NCBI GenBank assembly: GCA_964016885.1
Contig: OZ024747.1
Span: forward strand, 38,440,001 to 38,504,000
Length of the DNA: 64,000 nucleotides
Source of the DNA: Eledone cirrhosa
Lineage: Eukaryota
Direction: 5' to 3'
The notes beneath the pieces were generated by a model, which was not told where the DNA came from, searched no databases, and worked only from the letters and a program-made list of their open reading frames with translations. Positions within the stretch are counted from its first letter, which is position 1. The number at the start of each line of letters is the position of its first letter. The position numbers and the translations under genes were made by a program. This document shows, one piece after another, positions 44,270 through 57,396 of the stretch.

Positions 44270-44273
<4 letters not shown>
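43837..44273. repeat. Near-perfect palindrome (about 195-bp arms, 6-nt loop) derived from a PLE 3' end
   Basis: Arms meet at tttgctc-tgatct-gagcaaa (44029-44048); sequence homologous to 19833-20030. Confidence 0.92.
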
Positions 44274-44316
<43 letters not shown>

Positions 44317-44644
44317 GGTATGGGATGCTTAAAGCGTCCGTAAGCGTTATGCCGTTTGACCACTCGATGCTCTTACAGAGCAGAGTATAATATCACATAA
44401 GAAACGGAGAATCAGTGGTTTCAGAGTCAGGTTTGATCATTGCCTCGATCGTTCCTCGAGCTAGTGGCCAGAGACTCGATTGTAATATGTCTAATAAATC
44501 TTATTAGTAACACCACTGATATATATATATATTTATATTTATATTTATATATATATGTAGTGTGCATGTTGGTATTATACGCATATATATATATATGCAT
44601 ATATATATATATATGATATGTAAATTGAAAATGAAATTGACAAT

Positions 44645-45272
44645 ATCTTCTTCTTCGACTATTTATGTCTGAGAGGGCCGTGGTGGAAGACTCCTTCTCA
44701 AACACTCCTTCCAGCGAGTTTGTCAGATGCAAACATCTCTAATTGGTCCAGCTGGATTCCACTGCTTGACCAGCCAAACTCATAGATGTTATCCAACTCT
44801 CTAGCTTAGTGTCTACCTCCGAGTTATTTGCCTGTTGGTTTTGCCTGTAAAATCTGTCCAGCGACTCTTCCCTGAGACATTCTAACCCCGTGCCCATATT
44901 ATCAGAGCTGTGATCTCTCAATGCGGAGAAGTAGTGAATCTACCAGGAGTGTCTCTTTCATCTCCGAGCTACGCACTCTATCATGTAACATTACTCCAAA
45001 GATCATTTCGGCCGCTTGTATTTGAAATTGTATTCTTTTGGTCAATATTCAAGATTCATGATACTTGGAAAGGGTTGGCAAGAATACCAGGAAGACAGTG
45101 ACTTTTGCATTTACACCTGCCTCCCTTCCACTGATTACTGAAGCTGGTGCATTACTGTATCAGCTTTTGCAATTCTTGCACTTAATTCAGCATCCTGCCT
45201 TCCATCACTCATGAACATGGCCCTGAGATACTTGAACTTCTACAGCTGCTTCAGTGGAACTCCATTTACATG
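44645..45272 (-). mobile_element. Probable decayed RTE-like LINE fragment
   Basis: More GC-balanced, coding-like decayed sequence between microsatellites; family assignment is weak. Confidence 0.4.
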
Positions 45273-45400
45273 TATATAAATTTGAGCGACTTCTGTCAAT
45301 CTGTCCGTTACAAAATATGTGTGTGTTTGTGTGAATGTATGTGTGTGTGAAAGGAAGGACGGGGATACACATATATATATGTCTCTAACTTAAAAACGGC

Positions 45401-45562
<162 letters not shown>

Positions 45563-45649
45563 TATATGTATATATAACACGTCTTTAATTCAAGAACGTC
45601 GACATATTCACGCACGAGCACAGACACACACTGCCCCATTACCACTTAT

Positions 45650-46060
45650 GATTTTTGGCCAGGGCAAACAGCCCCTCTATTTTAGAACAATCAGCGTTGT
45701 CCAGATTTGATGGACCTGACGGCTTAACTGGTGGCTCTGGGACGTCATTGTTAGTGACTCTTTTGCTTCTTCCCACATGCTGGGTGCAGCGTTAATGGCA
45801 AGAGCTACAGCATATGCAGCTGAACGGAACACAATCCTAAAATTCCATAATCTGTCGCCTAACTACATTTTCCAGCCTATGGCGCTCGAGATGTTTGGGG
45901 GAGTTTGGCTACTGACAGCGGGTTCTTATCTTCACTGACGGCTAGTCAAACAGAGTGAACTGGTGATGCTCGTGAGAGTGCTTGGTTGTTACAGCACCTC
46001 AGCCTCACCACCAACCGAGGTAACCCTTCGAACGTGCTGCCTTACCTAGAAAATTATTAG
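45650..46060 (+). mobile_element. CRE-like RLE LINE 3' fragment
   Basis: PDGLT...WDVIVSDSFASSH...YIFQPMALEMFG resembles the RLE domain of CRE-type elements. Confidence 0.6.
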
Positions 46061-46450
46061 AGAGGTTTCTCAGTGCTCGTCGCTATATTGTTATCTTTTG
46101 CTCTAGTAGTGGGAATCTATAATAAAATAAAAGGCGGAGTGCGAGTCTGTCTTGAATATATTTTTTTATCCCTTTAGTAAAATAAGTTGGATTACTTTGA
46201 ATAAACAATGAATGAATATTATGTAATTTATGTTCTAACTTTTGATTAAATATAAATAATTTTATTGCTTATTTTAAGTTTCACTTCTTTTAAAAGTTTC
46301 AAATTTCAACACTTCCTGTATATTTCCACCACCTCCACCCCTTCAACTATCATATATAAATAGACAGAGCGAGAAAGAAAGATAGAGTGTGTGAAGAGAG
46401 AGATACAGACAAATAGAGTGACTATGTGACAGATATATATATATATATAT

Positions 46451-46892
46451 ACTAGACCTGAAAAATGCTCAAGCTCAAAAGTGCCACAGAATGTTATAAT
46501 AAACCTTCAAAAGTGTGGGTCTAGAGTTGTTGCTCAAAAATATTGTAATCATTATCTATCGTACACTATGGGGCATCCTTTTATAAAAAAAGAGACTCAT
46601 AACGAACTCAAGACAACACGATAATTATTTGAGCTAATGTTCAATATCTCATATTAGATGTTTAGTAATGATTAATACGAAATGCACTTAAACCGAATTC
46701 TATATTATAAATTCACTTAAATAATTATCGTTTCGTCTTAAGTTCGTTATGAGTCTTTTATAAAATATGCGACAGAGTATACGATAGATAATGATTACAA
46801 TATTTTTGAGCAACAACTCTAGTCCCACACTTTTGAAGGTTTATTATAACATTCTCTGGCTCTTTTGAGCTTGCGCATTTTTCAGGTCTAGT
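46451..46892. mobile_element. Foldback MITE with about 185-bp terminal inverted repeats
   Basis: actagacctgaaaaatg... / ...catttttcaggtctagt; arms about 46451-46635 and 46710-46892. Confidence 0.88.
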
Positions 46893-47264
46893 TTAATATT
46901 TGTTTAAGTAAACGCTTGCAATAACTCTAGTTAAACTGAGAATATTAATAATAAATTGTCGTTGTATTGTAATTAGATTATATAATTGTTATTTTATAAA
47001 TGACCTTATACATATTATTGTAAGATGTACAAAAATATTTTCAGACTTTTAATATAAACAACTACAAAAAACAATCAATATTAAATAAATATATTTTGCA
47101 TAATAATTGTTATAGGTGAATCAATAAAAATTAAATATTACATACAAATAGTCTAAAATAATAATAAAAAAATAATCTAACATAATAAAATAATCTAACA
47201 TAAAACGAACAATAATATAGACAAATATACAAGTAAATATGATACAACCAATGCTTACATACAT

Positions 47265-47720
47265 ATATGGTGGCTGCCAACTCGTTTTCGAGTACGGCCA
47301 CTACTTTATATCCATGTAGGAGAACGCCTACTGATGCCCTGACGAGTGTGACTTTTTAGTCCAGCCAGCGACTTGAAAACTCTGGTACAAACACTACACT
47401 TGTGACAATTATTGACACAGTGCTGGGCCCATGGTAACATGTGACGACAAGTGCAGAGAGATCTCCAGATATAAAGCAATGCCTGTGCCGTGAAGCTTTT
47501 ATAGTGAGCAAAGGCACTGCACAAAGCCAGTCCCACTCTCTTAACCAAGATGATATTTACCAAAAAGAAGAACAAGTCAACATCATTGGATACCATCAGG
47601 GTTGCAGGTGTTATATCAGAGTTTTCCTTGTCCTAGAATTCTGCCTTGACAAAGGCTAAGGGGTCATCTCTCCCGGTGATTTTGGATGGCCATTGACTCT
47701 TAAGAGCTCCTTTTCCCTTT
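47265..47720 (-). mobile_element. RTE-like LINE 3' end
   Basis: C-terminal C2H2-like CSVCTRVFKSLAGLKSHTR. Confidence 0.6.
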
Positions 47721-47876
47721 GATATACATATATATATACACATATATATACACATACATATACACATATATATATATACACATATATATACACACATATA
47801 TACATACACATACATATATATACATACATATATACATACATATACATATACATACATATACATATACATACATACA

Positions 47877-48520
47877 TCTGCTGCACAAAAGAGGAGGGCC
47901 AGCAGCTGACAATAAATGTAGGCTATGTAAAACAAAGATCGAGGATGTAAGCCACATTGTTGCCAGCTGCGAAAGAATGTCATCTCGCTACTACCTCCCC
48001 ATGAGACACGATGGGATAGCTAGAACCATCTGGAACGCACTTCGGAAAACAAAATTAACAACAAACGAGGAGGAATATATTGATACAGATGGCACTAAGT
48101 AATACTGGTGGAACCTGAAAATAAAAACTGCCACCAGATTAATGTACAACCGGCCTGATATTGTTGCTTGGGACCACACATTGAAAACGTGTTCTGTTGT
48201 GGAGATCAGCTGCCCACTTAATGTAAACGTTGTCAGAAAAATACAGGAGAAGGAGGACATCTACGGACCATTGATGAGGAGTTTACAAATCCAGTATCCA
48301 AGATACACCTTTAGCTTCATACCCAATCATTATTGGAGCTACGGGTTATATACCAACCCGGTTAGACCAAAGTATGACTGAACTTGGATTTGCGGACAAA
48401 AAGCGCAGCTCCCTAATTCATAGTCTACAAATGGCTGCGATAGCTGGCACCTTCAAAATTTGCAAAACATTCTTGCGATTCAAGGGATGACAATTTCTTT
48501 TCTTTTACAACCTTTTACAA
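47877..48520 (+). mobile_element. RLE LINE family C, 3' fragment inside (CATA)n
   Basis: CRLC...HIVASC zinc knuckle, RHD, NRPDIV...VEISCP RLE; CATA/TACA repeats on both flanks. Confidence 0.9.
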
Positions 48521-50511
48521 CATACATATATACAAACATACATACAAACATACATACATGCATGCTTGTATGTATACATACATACAAATACGTATGTATG
48601 TATGATTGTATGTATGTATGTGTATATAACCACACATACAAAAATCATCCACACCTATCCATATTTGTTGCAAATTGCCATCTGTAATTCTTTTCAGTAA
48701 CTTATGCCATAATACAACTGAACTGGAAGCAAATTATTTGTCATATACACCAGCGCTTAAATATTTAGAATGTTTTTATCTTTGCCGCTCGACCAGACAT
48801 ATTGAACGCTTGAGCTATGACTGCTAGTGCAAAACTGAATTAAGACTTGTGTGCACACATGGTAGTTAAACCAGACTTCTCCTACCACGATATAAGAATG
48901 AAACGAGAAGTCAAACAAATATATTGTGATAAATAAATTCCTTTTATCCTCGATGGTACGGAATAAATATTTTAATGAGTTCGGGGTTTGATCGTCAATC
49001 GTCTTGTTAAACTATTACTACACGTAATAAATATTACGGAATACGTAACCGTTGGGTTGAATGAATCGAGATACAAACCTACGTCAAGAAATGTATAATC
49101 TGCGCATATCATAGAAATGGCCTTCATTCTTTATAGAAGTTAGGTGTACTTGAAATAGACAGCAGCTTCTTCTATCATGGGAACGATGTGCACCTTGACA
49201 TTGATACTAGCTGAGCATTTGACAGTTGAACTCAAACACATTTGTGATACAAGCTAACTGCCATTGTTTGCAAAACAAACTGTTTATATAATAAATCTTG
49301 ATGTACTTGAATAATCCAAGTCTAATAGATTGTAATTATTTTTTGTTAAACGCCATTTCTCGTAACTATTGTCAACAGTTTACAAATAACTAATGTTTTG
49401 ATTGGTTATGTTCATCACGTTCAGATCGATTTACGAATTCTACAATTTGTTTACGATCACATGCAATCATATTAACATGAGATTCAGTTTGAGTAATCAA
49501 ATGTTAGTTGCAGTCTCTTTGGTGGATATTGCTATTCCATTCATTTTCTGCCAAACAACTCTCCCACAAAAAAGATGTTAATTACGAATATAGATAACAT
49601 CATATATTCAAAACTAAAGTTAAATTCTAAAGAAGACATAGAGGCTCGGGAACCTTCTTTACATGCTTCCCCGATTGTTTTTAATTCATAAACGCGTCAC
49701 TGGTATGATCATTCTGAGCCCCAGGAGACAGACACCTACTGGATTGAAATACCAAAAATTACAGACTTGCTATTAAACCTTTGCCTGAATTTTGGAGATC
49801 AATCAGGCACAGGATCTAGTAAATCTCCTAAACCGTATCATATTCTTACCAATCAAGAGTTGTTTATTCTGATGATCATCGTGTTTCGTACCTGTCTTGG
49901 GAACGTTCTGAAAGGGGTTGGCTTTCTGTGTTCTTTCATTTTCTCTTATTTTGTTTTTACCATTGTAATGATCTGTCAATCATCCTCGTCTCCTTTTTGG
50001 ACTCGATCTGCACAAGTTAATATGATGGTATTGTCATAGAATATTCGAAAATGAAAACTATGAGAAGACACGTTAATCCGACAGTTAATAACTAATTCTT
50101 TACTTGATTGACGTGAGATAAATTTCATTTTCACCTTTCATCGATTGAAGGTGCGTAATATATTAGTTGTGTAATATATGTTCATTTCACCTAGGAAAGT
50201 TAATTTAGTTTCTTTGTGTTCTGTTTTATTAATTTTGTTTTTTGAAATTTTCCTTTATTGCAAGTTCAGTGTGAACTCAGAAATGCTATCCATGCTGTTA
50301 ACATACTGTCAAAAATCAGATATACTGCAGCTTCAATAAATGAATACAAATTTAATGCTTGAAAACTTTTAGATATAGAAGTAACAGTAGATAACATGGA
50401 ATCACAATCAATATACAAATCTGTTAGATATATGCCTAATAAACGTCGGAAAAATGCATAGTACAATTAATACACACATCCTGTATTACTACATAAACAT
50501 GATCATTATTT

Positions 50512-50688
50512 TTGGCCGTAACGGTAGAGGGTTGGATATGCTTTCAAGCATAGTTACTTCCCTTTATGATCTGAGTTCAAATCCCGCCGATGTTAACTTT
50601 GCCTTTCATCCTTATGAGGTCGATAAAATAAAGTACCAGTAATGTACTGGGTATTTGCTGGCCTTGTGCCAAAAGTAGAAATAATTAT
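50512..50688 (+). mobile_element. SINE family 1 copy
   Basis: B box gagttcaaatccc and conserved body. Confidence 0.85.
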
Positions 50689-50979
50689 TTTATTTTAGAA
50701 GCAGAGATTGTTGGTGTTCATTGCTTTACGTTATACGATATGCCAGCCTGTAAATAAAAACAGAAGACTCATTATATTTTATTCTCTGATCCTCTACCAA
50801 ATAATGGAATTAATCTTTTTTTTTTAAGTAATATTTTGGGAGCGTATCTTAATGCAACTCTAAATCAGTATTATATATAAATTACATGTAACATTTCACC
50901 ATGTTTATCCCACCTCTATTCTGGGAATATATAATTTCTCGTAGATTTGTTTTTGTTTTAATGTTTTTGATTACTTGAA

Positions 50980-51031
<52 letters not shown>

Positions 51032-54000
51032 GAATGCTATGGTTGACGGAGGCTCGGCTCTGTAAGGTATTGTAAATTTGACCGCTATGACAATTGTAAA
51101 ATGTTTAAAACTTTAACCAAATTGTAGACAAAAACACCCTCCTCTTCGTGAGAGGGGTCTTTCTGCCCGTTATTTGGCCCTTCGGGGTTAAATAACCGCT
51201 TATTGGGGTTTTGTGCCCAATATTTATTTTAAACAAAAAAAAAAAATGGCTACGAAAAAGAATTTTCATAGGTCACTCCCACTCATTCCATCTTCTTCTT
51301 CCCCAATCGTCACTACAGCAGAGAGAAGATTGTCTCTCTCCCTCCCTTCTCTAAATATGTCTCTCTCCCTCCCTTCTCTTTCGCAAGCGACGCCAGAAAA
51401 GAAAAATCACGTGCAAAGCGTGCAAGATTTCTCCACGACGACGACGACAACGACGAAAAAGGTGTGCGGGAAATACGAAAACCCATTTCATTCGTCTGAC
51501 GTCAGGAATAATAGCAGTAGCAGCCGTAATAACAGCAGCAGCAGCAACAGTGACAAGGAAAACAACAGTAACAGCCGCAACAACATCAGCAGCAGCATAA
51601 ACACAACAGCACTAGCAGCAACAACAACAGCAGCAGCAGCAACAACAACAACAACCACAGCAACAGCGGCGGCGGCAGTAGTCGTAGTACCTGCATCAAC
51701 AACAAAAGTAACAGCAGCTCTGACGACAACAAAAACAATAACAGCAGCAAAGAAAAACCAATCTCGTTTGCAGGTATCGCAAAGAACCTGGAAACCATCC
51801 TCATAACAAATGAGAAATTAGGGGAAGCGAAGAAGATGGTGACGAAAACCGGACACCGAGCAATCTGCAAGGCAGCCGAAACATTTTTCGAAACCTAACA
51901 GCACTGTACGGTCACGTACCGTACAGTAAGCACAACATCCCTCAGGGTTGAAAGATCCACAGAGGCTCAAATACAAAAAGCCTTAGGGTCTGTGTGGCAG
52001 CGGAAAACGCACATCACCCGAGGCAAGAAATATGCCACCGTAGACGTGCTTTTTGCCACACCCCAGGAGGGAAAGGCTCAATCCTTAGTGACCCTAAGGA
52101 GCGGCGAAATGGTGTTGGTGCCCTCCTATGGGGGCAAAAAATTGTGAGTGTCAAACTGACCCCCCCCCCACGGGAGGGCCCGTTCTTGGCTGGCCGCGTC
52201 TGTCCTCGTCGGAATCGAGGACAAAACAACTGTACTGCAAGTACAGAAAAAAGTAAGAGAAGATTGGGTCGGCACCTCCATTGAGATGTTAATCCAAACC
52301 AACCAGGAGTGCATCGAAGCTTTCCCGGATGTGATAGACTTCGATAACGGCACTCAACTGCCCAGAAGTGTTCAGGGCAAACGCCCGAAATGCTTTCGCT
52401 GTGGATTGAAGACTCACCTCAGGGCCTTCTGCAACGAGAAGACACTGAGAAAGGAGAAAACCCCCCTCCTTCCGAAAACGGCTCCACGGCTACCAGCAAC
52501 AGGACAAGCGGCAACCAGGAACGATAGGTCCGTGCAACGCATACCCACGCCACGGAAATCAAAAACAGCAGCAGCAGTGGAAGTATTAACAACAACAACA
52601 GCAATACCAAATGCAGCTGCAACAGAGACTCCAGTGCAAACATCACCAACAACAACAAGTGAAAGAGTGGAGCTGGTACCCCTCCCCGACCTCACATAAT
52701 CAGACATGGAGTGTGAGGTGGGAGAGGGATGGCAAAAGGTCGTAAGAAGGCACAAACGCAGAAGCAGCGCATCGTCGCCTTCGAAAAAGGAGGAAAGAAA
52801 TGAAAAAAGGGTAAAGGCTACTGCAAAGAGACTCACAGCAGCAACACCACCCACACCATCACCACCCACACTAGCACCACCATCACCACCGGCGACAACC
52901 CCACCGCCGACAACAACAACACCTTCAACACCACCACCACAAGCACCAACATCGCAAATACAACAAAATACACACACCCAGCAACAACGACAAGAAAATA
53001 GCAGAACCACACCCCACCCCCAGAAAAAGAAATGCACGGCAATAAATACACACAACAAGAAACTAATGACTTACATAATTGAACACAGACATTTCACAGC
53101 ACGACTACATGATACCAGCACCAATCAAAGCGCCAACTAACATAAGACTGCCAAATATAGCACAGAAACAATACACAGACATTAAACGAAATTCCCCAAC
53201 GCAGTTGGTGATTTCAGAGACCTAGGAGGGACTCTCAACCGGAGAGTGTATTCGGACATACTTATAGAAGAGCCGACGACCAGCCGAAGGGGCGATTCAA
53301 CGGTCTCTTCACCAGACGATCAAGTGAAAAGGGATGGAAAAACCATCCTTCCTCTACGAAAAGTACGGTAAGAGGTCTTTCCCATCTTTTCCACTCTATT
53401 TTAAACATGACCTCACTCAGAATAGGCAGCATAAATGCGCGTGGCTTGGGGTCGTCATGGAAGCAAGGTCACCTGCTCAACGACCTCAGGTCACTAAACA
53501 TAGATGTAGTTGCCATCAGCGAGACCAGAATCTCCGAAGCACGGGCCTTCGCACCGATCTTCTACGGCTACGATGTGTACGCATCTCCCAGCCGTCCGGG
53601 ATCGGGGGGTGGAGTTGCTGTGCTTTTTCGGAAAGGTTTGGATCTCGCCATACGGGCATTCTTCCTGAAGCCAGAGGGTAAGTTAGTGGTGCTGGACGTT
53701 ACCAGCGGAGACGGGCAAGCTTTCAGGCTAGTGGCTGTCTATGCCCCGACAGGAACATGGCGGCCTGATTTCTTCCGGCGTCTGGAGACCTTTCTTGGAA
53801 CATTCCCGCTCTTTAGTGTTAGTGGGCGACTGGAACGGGATCTTAGATGCACGCTGGGACTGTGTGGGATTAGCGGATAGAGGTGGAGGGTGCAAGAGCC
53901 TCACCAACCTGATCAGGCGTTTTGAACTGTCTGACAGGTACCGATTGGATTTCCCGAATGTGCCAATGTGGACTTGGACAAATCGCATAGGGTCATCCAG

Positions 54001-57000
54001 ATCATATCTAGATAGAGTATTTTGTAGGGAAATAGATATGTCTAGCATAGGCTGTCCACAATTCAAGATAGTAAGCTACACGGTCCATGAATTCGTGATC
54101 TGTGTGCTTGGCTTAGCTAGGCTTCATAGACGAGGACCCGGCTACTGGAAGCTAAACGCGCCCTTACCAGCACGCAAGGCCTACAGAGACCGGATTAGCG
54201 AACTAGTTAAGCGGGCGTTGACGGGGGCCATCGTCAACAACAAGTGGTGGTTTGTTCTGAAAAGAGCGATTAGAATAGAATCCATTAGAAAAATAGAGCA
54301 GAGGGAGAATTAGTTAGAAAATTAGACGAAGCGATTAGCAAAGCCATCGCGACCGACGTTCTTGCGGCGAAATTGGCCCTTGACCAATTCTTCAATGCAA
54401 AGCACGAACGCTGCCTTGTCACAGCTAGGGTGTGTGCTCTCAGACACGAGGGTACGAAAGCCGTTCAATGGGCCCGAGTGGCGGAGGCGCGTCGTGGAAA
54501 CAAAGCCACGATCCGGTCTTTGGTGGACCACGACGGGCGCTGCTACTCGAGCCCGGGCAAATATGTGAAGCTTTTCAGCGACACTTCGCTCAGCTGTTCG
54601 GGGGATCGACGGACTGCCGCGGTTCTCGATCACTGAGGCGGAGTGTTGCGAAAAGCCGATAACAGCCGCTCATGTACGGGAGGCAATGACAGGCTGCACA
54701 AGGGGTAAATCGCCTGGTTTGGATGGTCTGCCCTATGAACTTTACGTACAGATGCTAGACTTGTTCGGAGGCCTCTTGGCGGACGTCTACTGCAACTGCC
54801 AACAGAACGGGAGAATTCCCAGCTCTGTGAGCCGAGGAGCGGTGGCACTGCTGCGAAAGGATCCGAACAAGGTGGATAACATAGATAATTTCAGGCCCAT
54901 AACTCTGCTAAACACAAAGTTCAAGATTTTGGCCAAGGTGCTAGCAAAGAGGTTGGCGCTTGTCGTTGGTGGTCTGGTGGGAGAGGCGCAGACATGCGCC
55001 ATTCCCGACAGATCCATCCACGACAACCTCCACCTCATGCGATACATCGTAGAGAGGGTAGCTACGGAACCTGGTACGGTAGGGTCCTTGATCAATTTAG
55101 ATTAGTCGAAAGCTTTCGATAGGGTCGACCATCGTTACCTAGCGGCAGTCCTGAGGGCGGCTGGCTTTGGGCCCGTCTTCAGAGGCTGGATCGCTGCCAT
55201 GCACAGCGACATCTGCTCTGTGGTGATAGTGAACTGTTACCTTTCGGAACCGTTCAACATCATGCGCTCGGTCCGCCAAGGATGTCCCCTCTCGTCCCTC
55301 TTGTACGTATTGACTCTCGAGCCATTACTGCACAAACTGGAGACGTTGAGCGGCGTCCCGGGCGAACTAGGATGCGGAAGATCCGTGTCAGCATATGCGG
55401 ACGATGTCACCGTAGTGGTGTCGAACGCCAAAGACATCGAGGCGATCGGCACTACACTAAGAGAATACGTAGCGGTGACAGGAGCAATGATCAACCAGGA
55501 AAAGTCAGTGGGCTTGCAGCTGGGCACCTGGAGAGGCAGGTCATGCCGTCCAACAGCGTCTTCGAACGCTGGACGGACGGACCGGTTAAATTGCTAGGAG
55601 TCTGGTTCGGTCCGGACCTCCAGACGGACAAAAACTGGGACGAGGTGAAGAACAGGGTGGCTTCTCTCACCCAGAATTGGGCGGAGAGGAAGCTATCCCT
55701 GAAAGGTCGAGCGGAGGTGGCTAACGCGTGCATCGCGTCTGTCATCTGCTACCGCCTGACCGTCGTACCTTGTCCTAAGCCTCGCCTGACTGCGCTGGAG
55801 CGTTTGAGGTTTCGCTTTTTGTGGAAGGGACGCGCTCCGATGGTCAGGCGGTCCATCTGTTGTCAACACCCGCTACGTGAAGGGCTGGGCATGCCGTGGC
55901 TGATGATGAGCAGGCACGCGCTCAGGCTACGACATCTCCACCTCTTCCTCGACGGTGATCAGGTGTGGTCGCCGTTTGCTAGACACGTATTTCCCCAGCT
56001 CGTTTCCTTGACGGAGCTGCAGTCCTCGGTCAAGCGAAGACCGAGAGGGAGCGCCTGGAGACTGGAATGTCTTCAGGCGCTCACAGCCCTCGACCAATCG
56101 GGCAATGTGATCGGTGGAAACTCCACCTCGGCGTTCTATAGAGGATTAGTGTAGGGGAAGAGCGACGACGTACTTGGGGAAACTCTAGGCGTCGACGAAA
56201 ATCAACTAGCCAAATCTCTTCGGAAGAACTTTTGAGCCAGGGCCTATGGACAACTTCCAGAAATCTCTGGCCTGGCAGTGCTACCGAGGAGCCTTGCCAG
56301 TTCGGGATAAACTCTACAGGCATGGAGGTGCCGTCAGCCGGGCATGTCCGAGATGCGCGCAGGGAAACGAAACCGTCCTGCACGCACTCGTCCAGTGTCC
56401 GAAAATTGCTGATTTGTGGGTTTATGTCGAACACCTGCTGTCCCGTGTAGGACGGATCCGGCTATCATCTGAGTCCATCGTGAGGATTGCCCCCCCCTCC
56501 TCCTTTAGCCGGGAAGGGTAGGCAGTTTTTATCTGTCTGGTGGCCATGGCAAAAGAGATAGTATGGTGGACACGTTTGAAAGGACTGAAGACGAGCACTT
56601 ACCCCTTCGGTGATGCCCTGATTGACTTTTTCAAATTTCATTTGAAAAGGAAAATCAGAGTAGAGAGGGAAGTGCTCTCTTCCCAGCATTTTGTTGAAAG
56701 ATGGGTGGGAGAAGCAAGAATGGCCCGAGTGAATGGGCCTACTCTGAGTATATATCTGTAAATTAAAGGTGGAAAACTGGGAGAGGGCACTTGCCTTGGT
56801 GGTCAGGGTCACTGTGGCCTTTTACTGGGCTTTCCCCACAAATCTCCCTCCGAAGTCTCCCCCCTATTGGGGAATTTTTCATTGTTATTTTTTGTTACAT
56901 CCTCTGTTTTTGTTTTTTACACGCAGAAATGCCCATTTGTACCGTCCTGTATTGTCCTGTACTGTCCTTAATGTCTACTTTATGTAAACCCTTGTGGGTA

Positions 57001-57011
57001 ATAAAGAAAAC
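51032..57011 (+). mobile_element. Full-length, degraded Tx1-like (L1 group) LINE flanked by (ATT)n
   Basis: ORF1 remnants 51247-53330 with CCHC knuckle CFRCGLKTHLRAFC; ORF2 from 53407 with APE (INARGL, SET, VYAP, GDWN, LDR), RT (QGCPLS, AYADD) and C-terminal CPRC...HALVQC; multiple frameshifts and stops. Confidence 0.95.
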
Positions 57012-57030
57012 ATTATTATTATTATTATTA

Positions 57031-57330
57031 TTTGCATTTATCTTGCTTTATGTTTATACGAGTTATCACCAAGTCACAACCAGTGACCTCAAGAGACAAC
57101 AAGGTCCGCCATGTTCAAGAAAGAACACACATATTCACACATGCATCCTTAGTGTTTAGACTTGTGATGTACTTATATTGACAGGATCTTCCTTAGTATA
57201 TGGGCAGTTCCCATTAGTACTATCTTTTGTATTTCTCCTATACGCGGGTTTCCTGGGATTTGCGATAAGTAGTCGTTAGACCCCTTAGGTATCATTCCCA
57301 GAGCGCCTGCAACCACTGGTATTGTTTTAG

Positions 57331-57332
<2 letters not shown>
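57031..57332 (-). mobile_element. RLE LINE family B, short 3' fragment
   Basis: Near-identical to 59380-59680. Confidence 0.9.
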
Positions 57333-57395
<63 letters not shown>

Positions 57396-57396
<1 letters not shown>

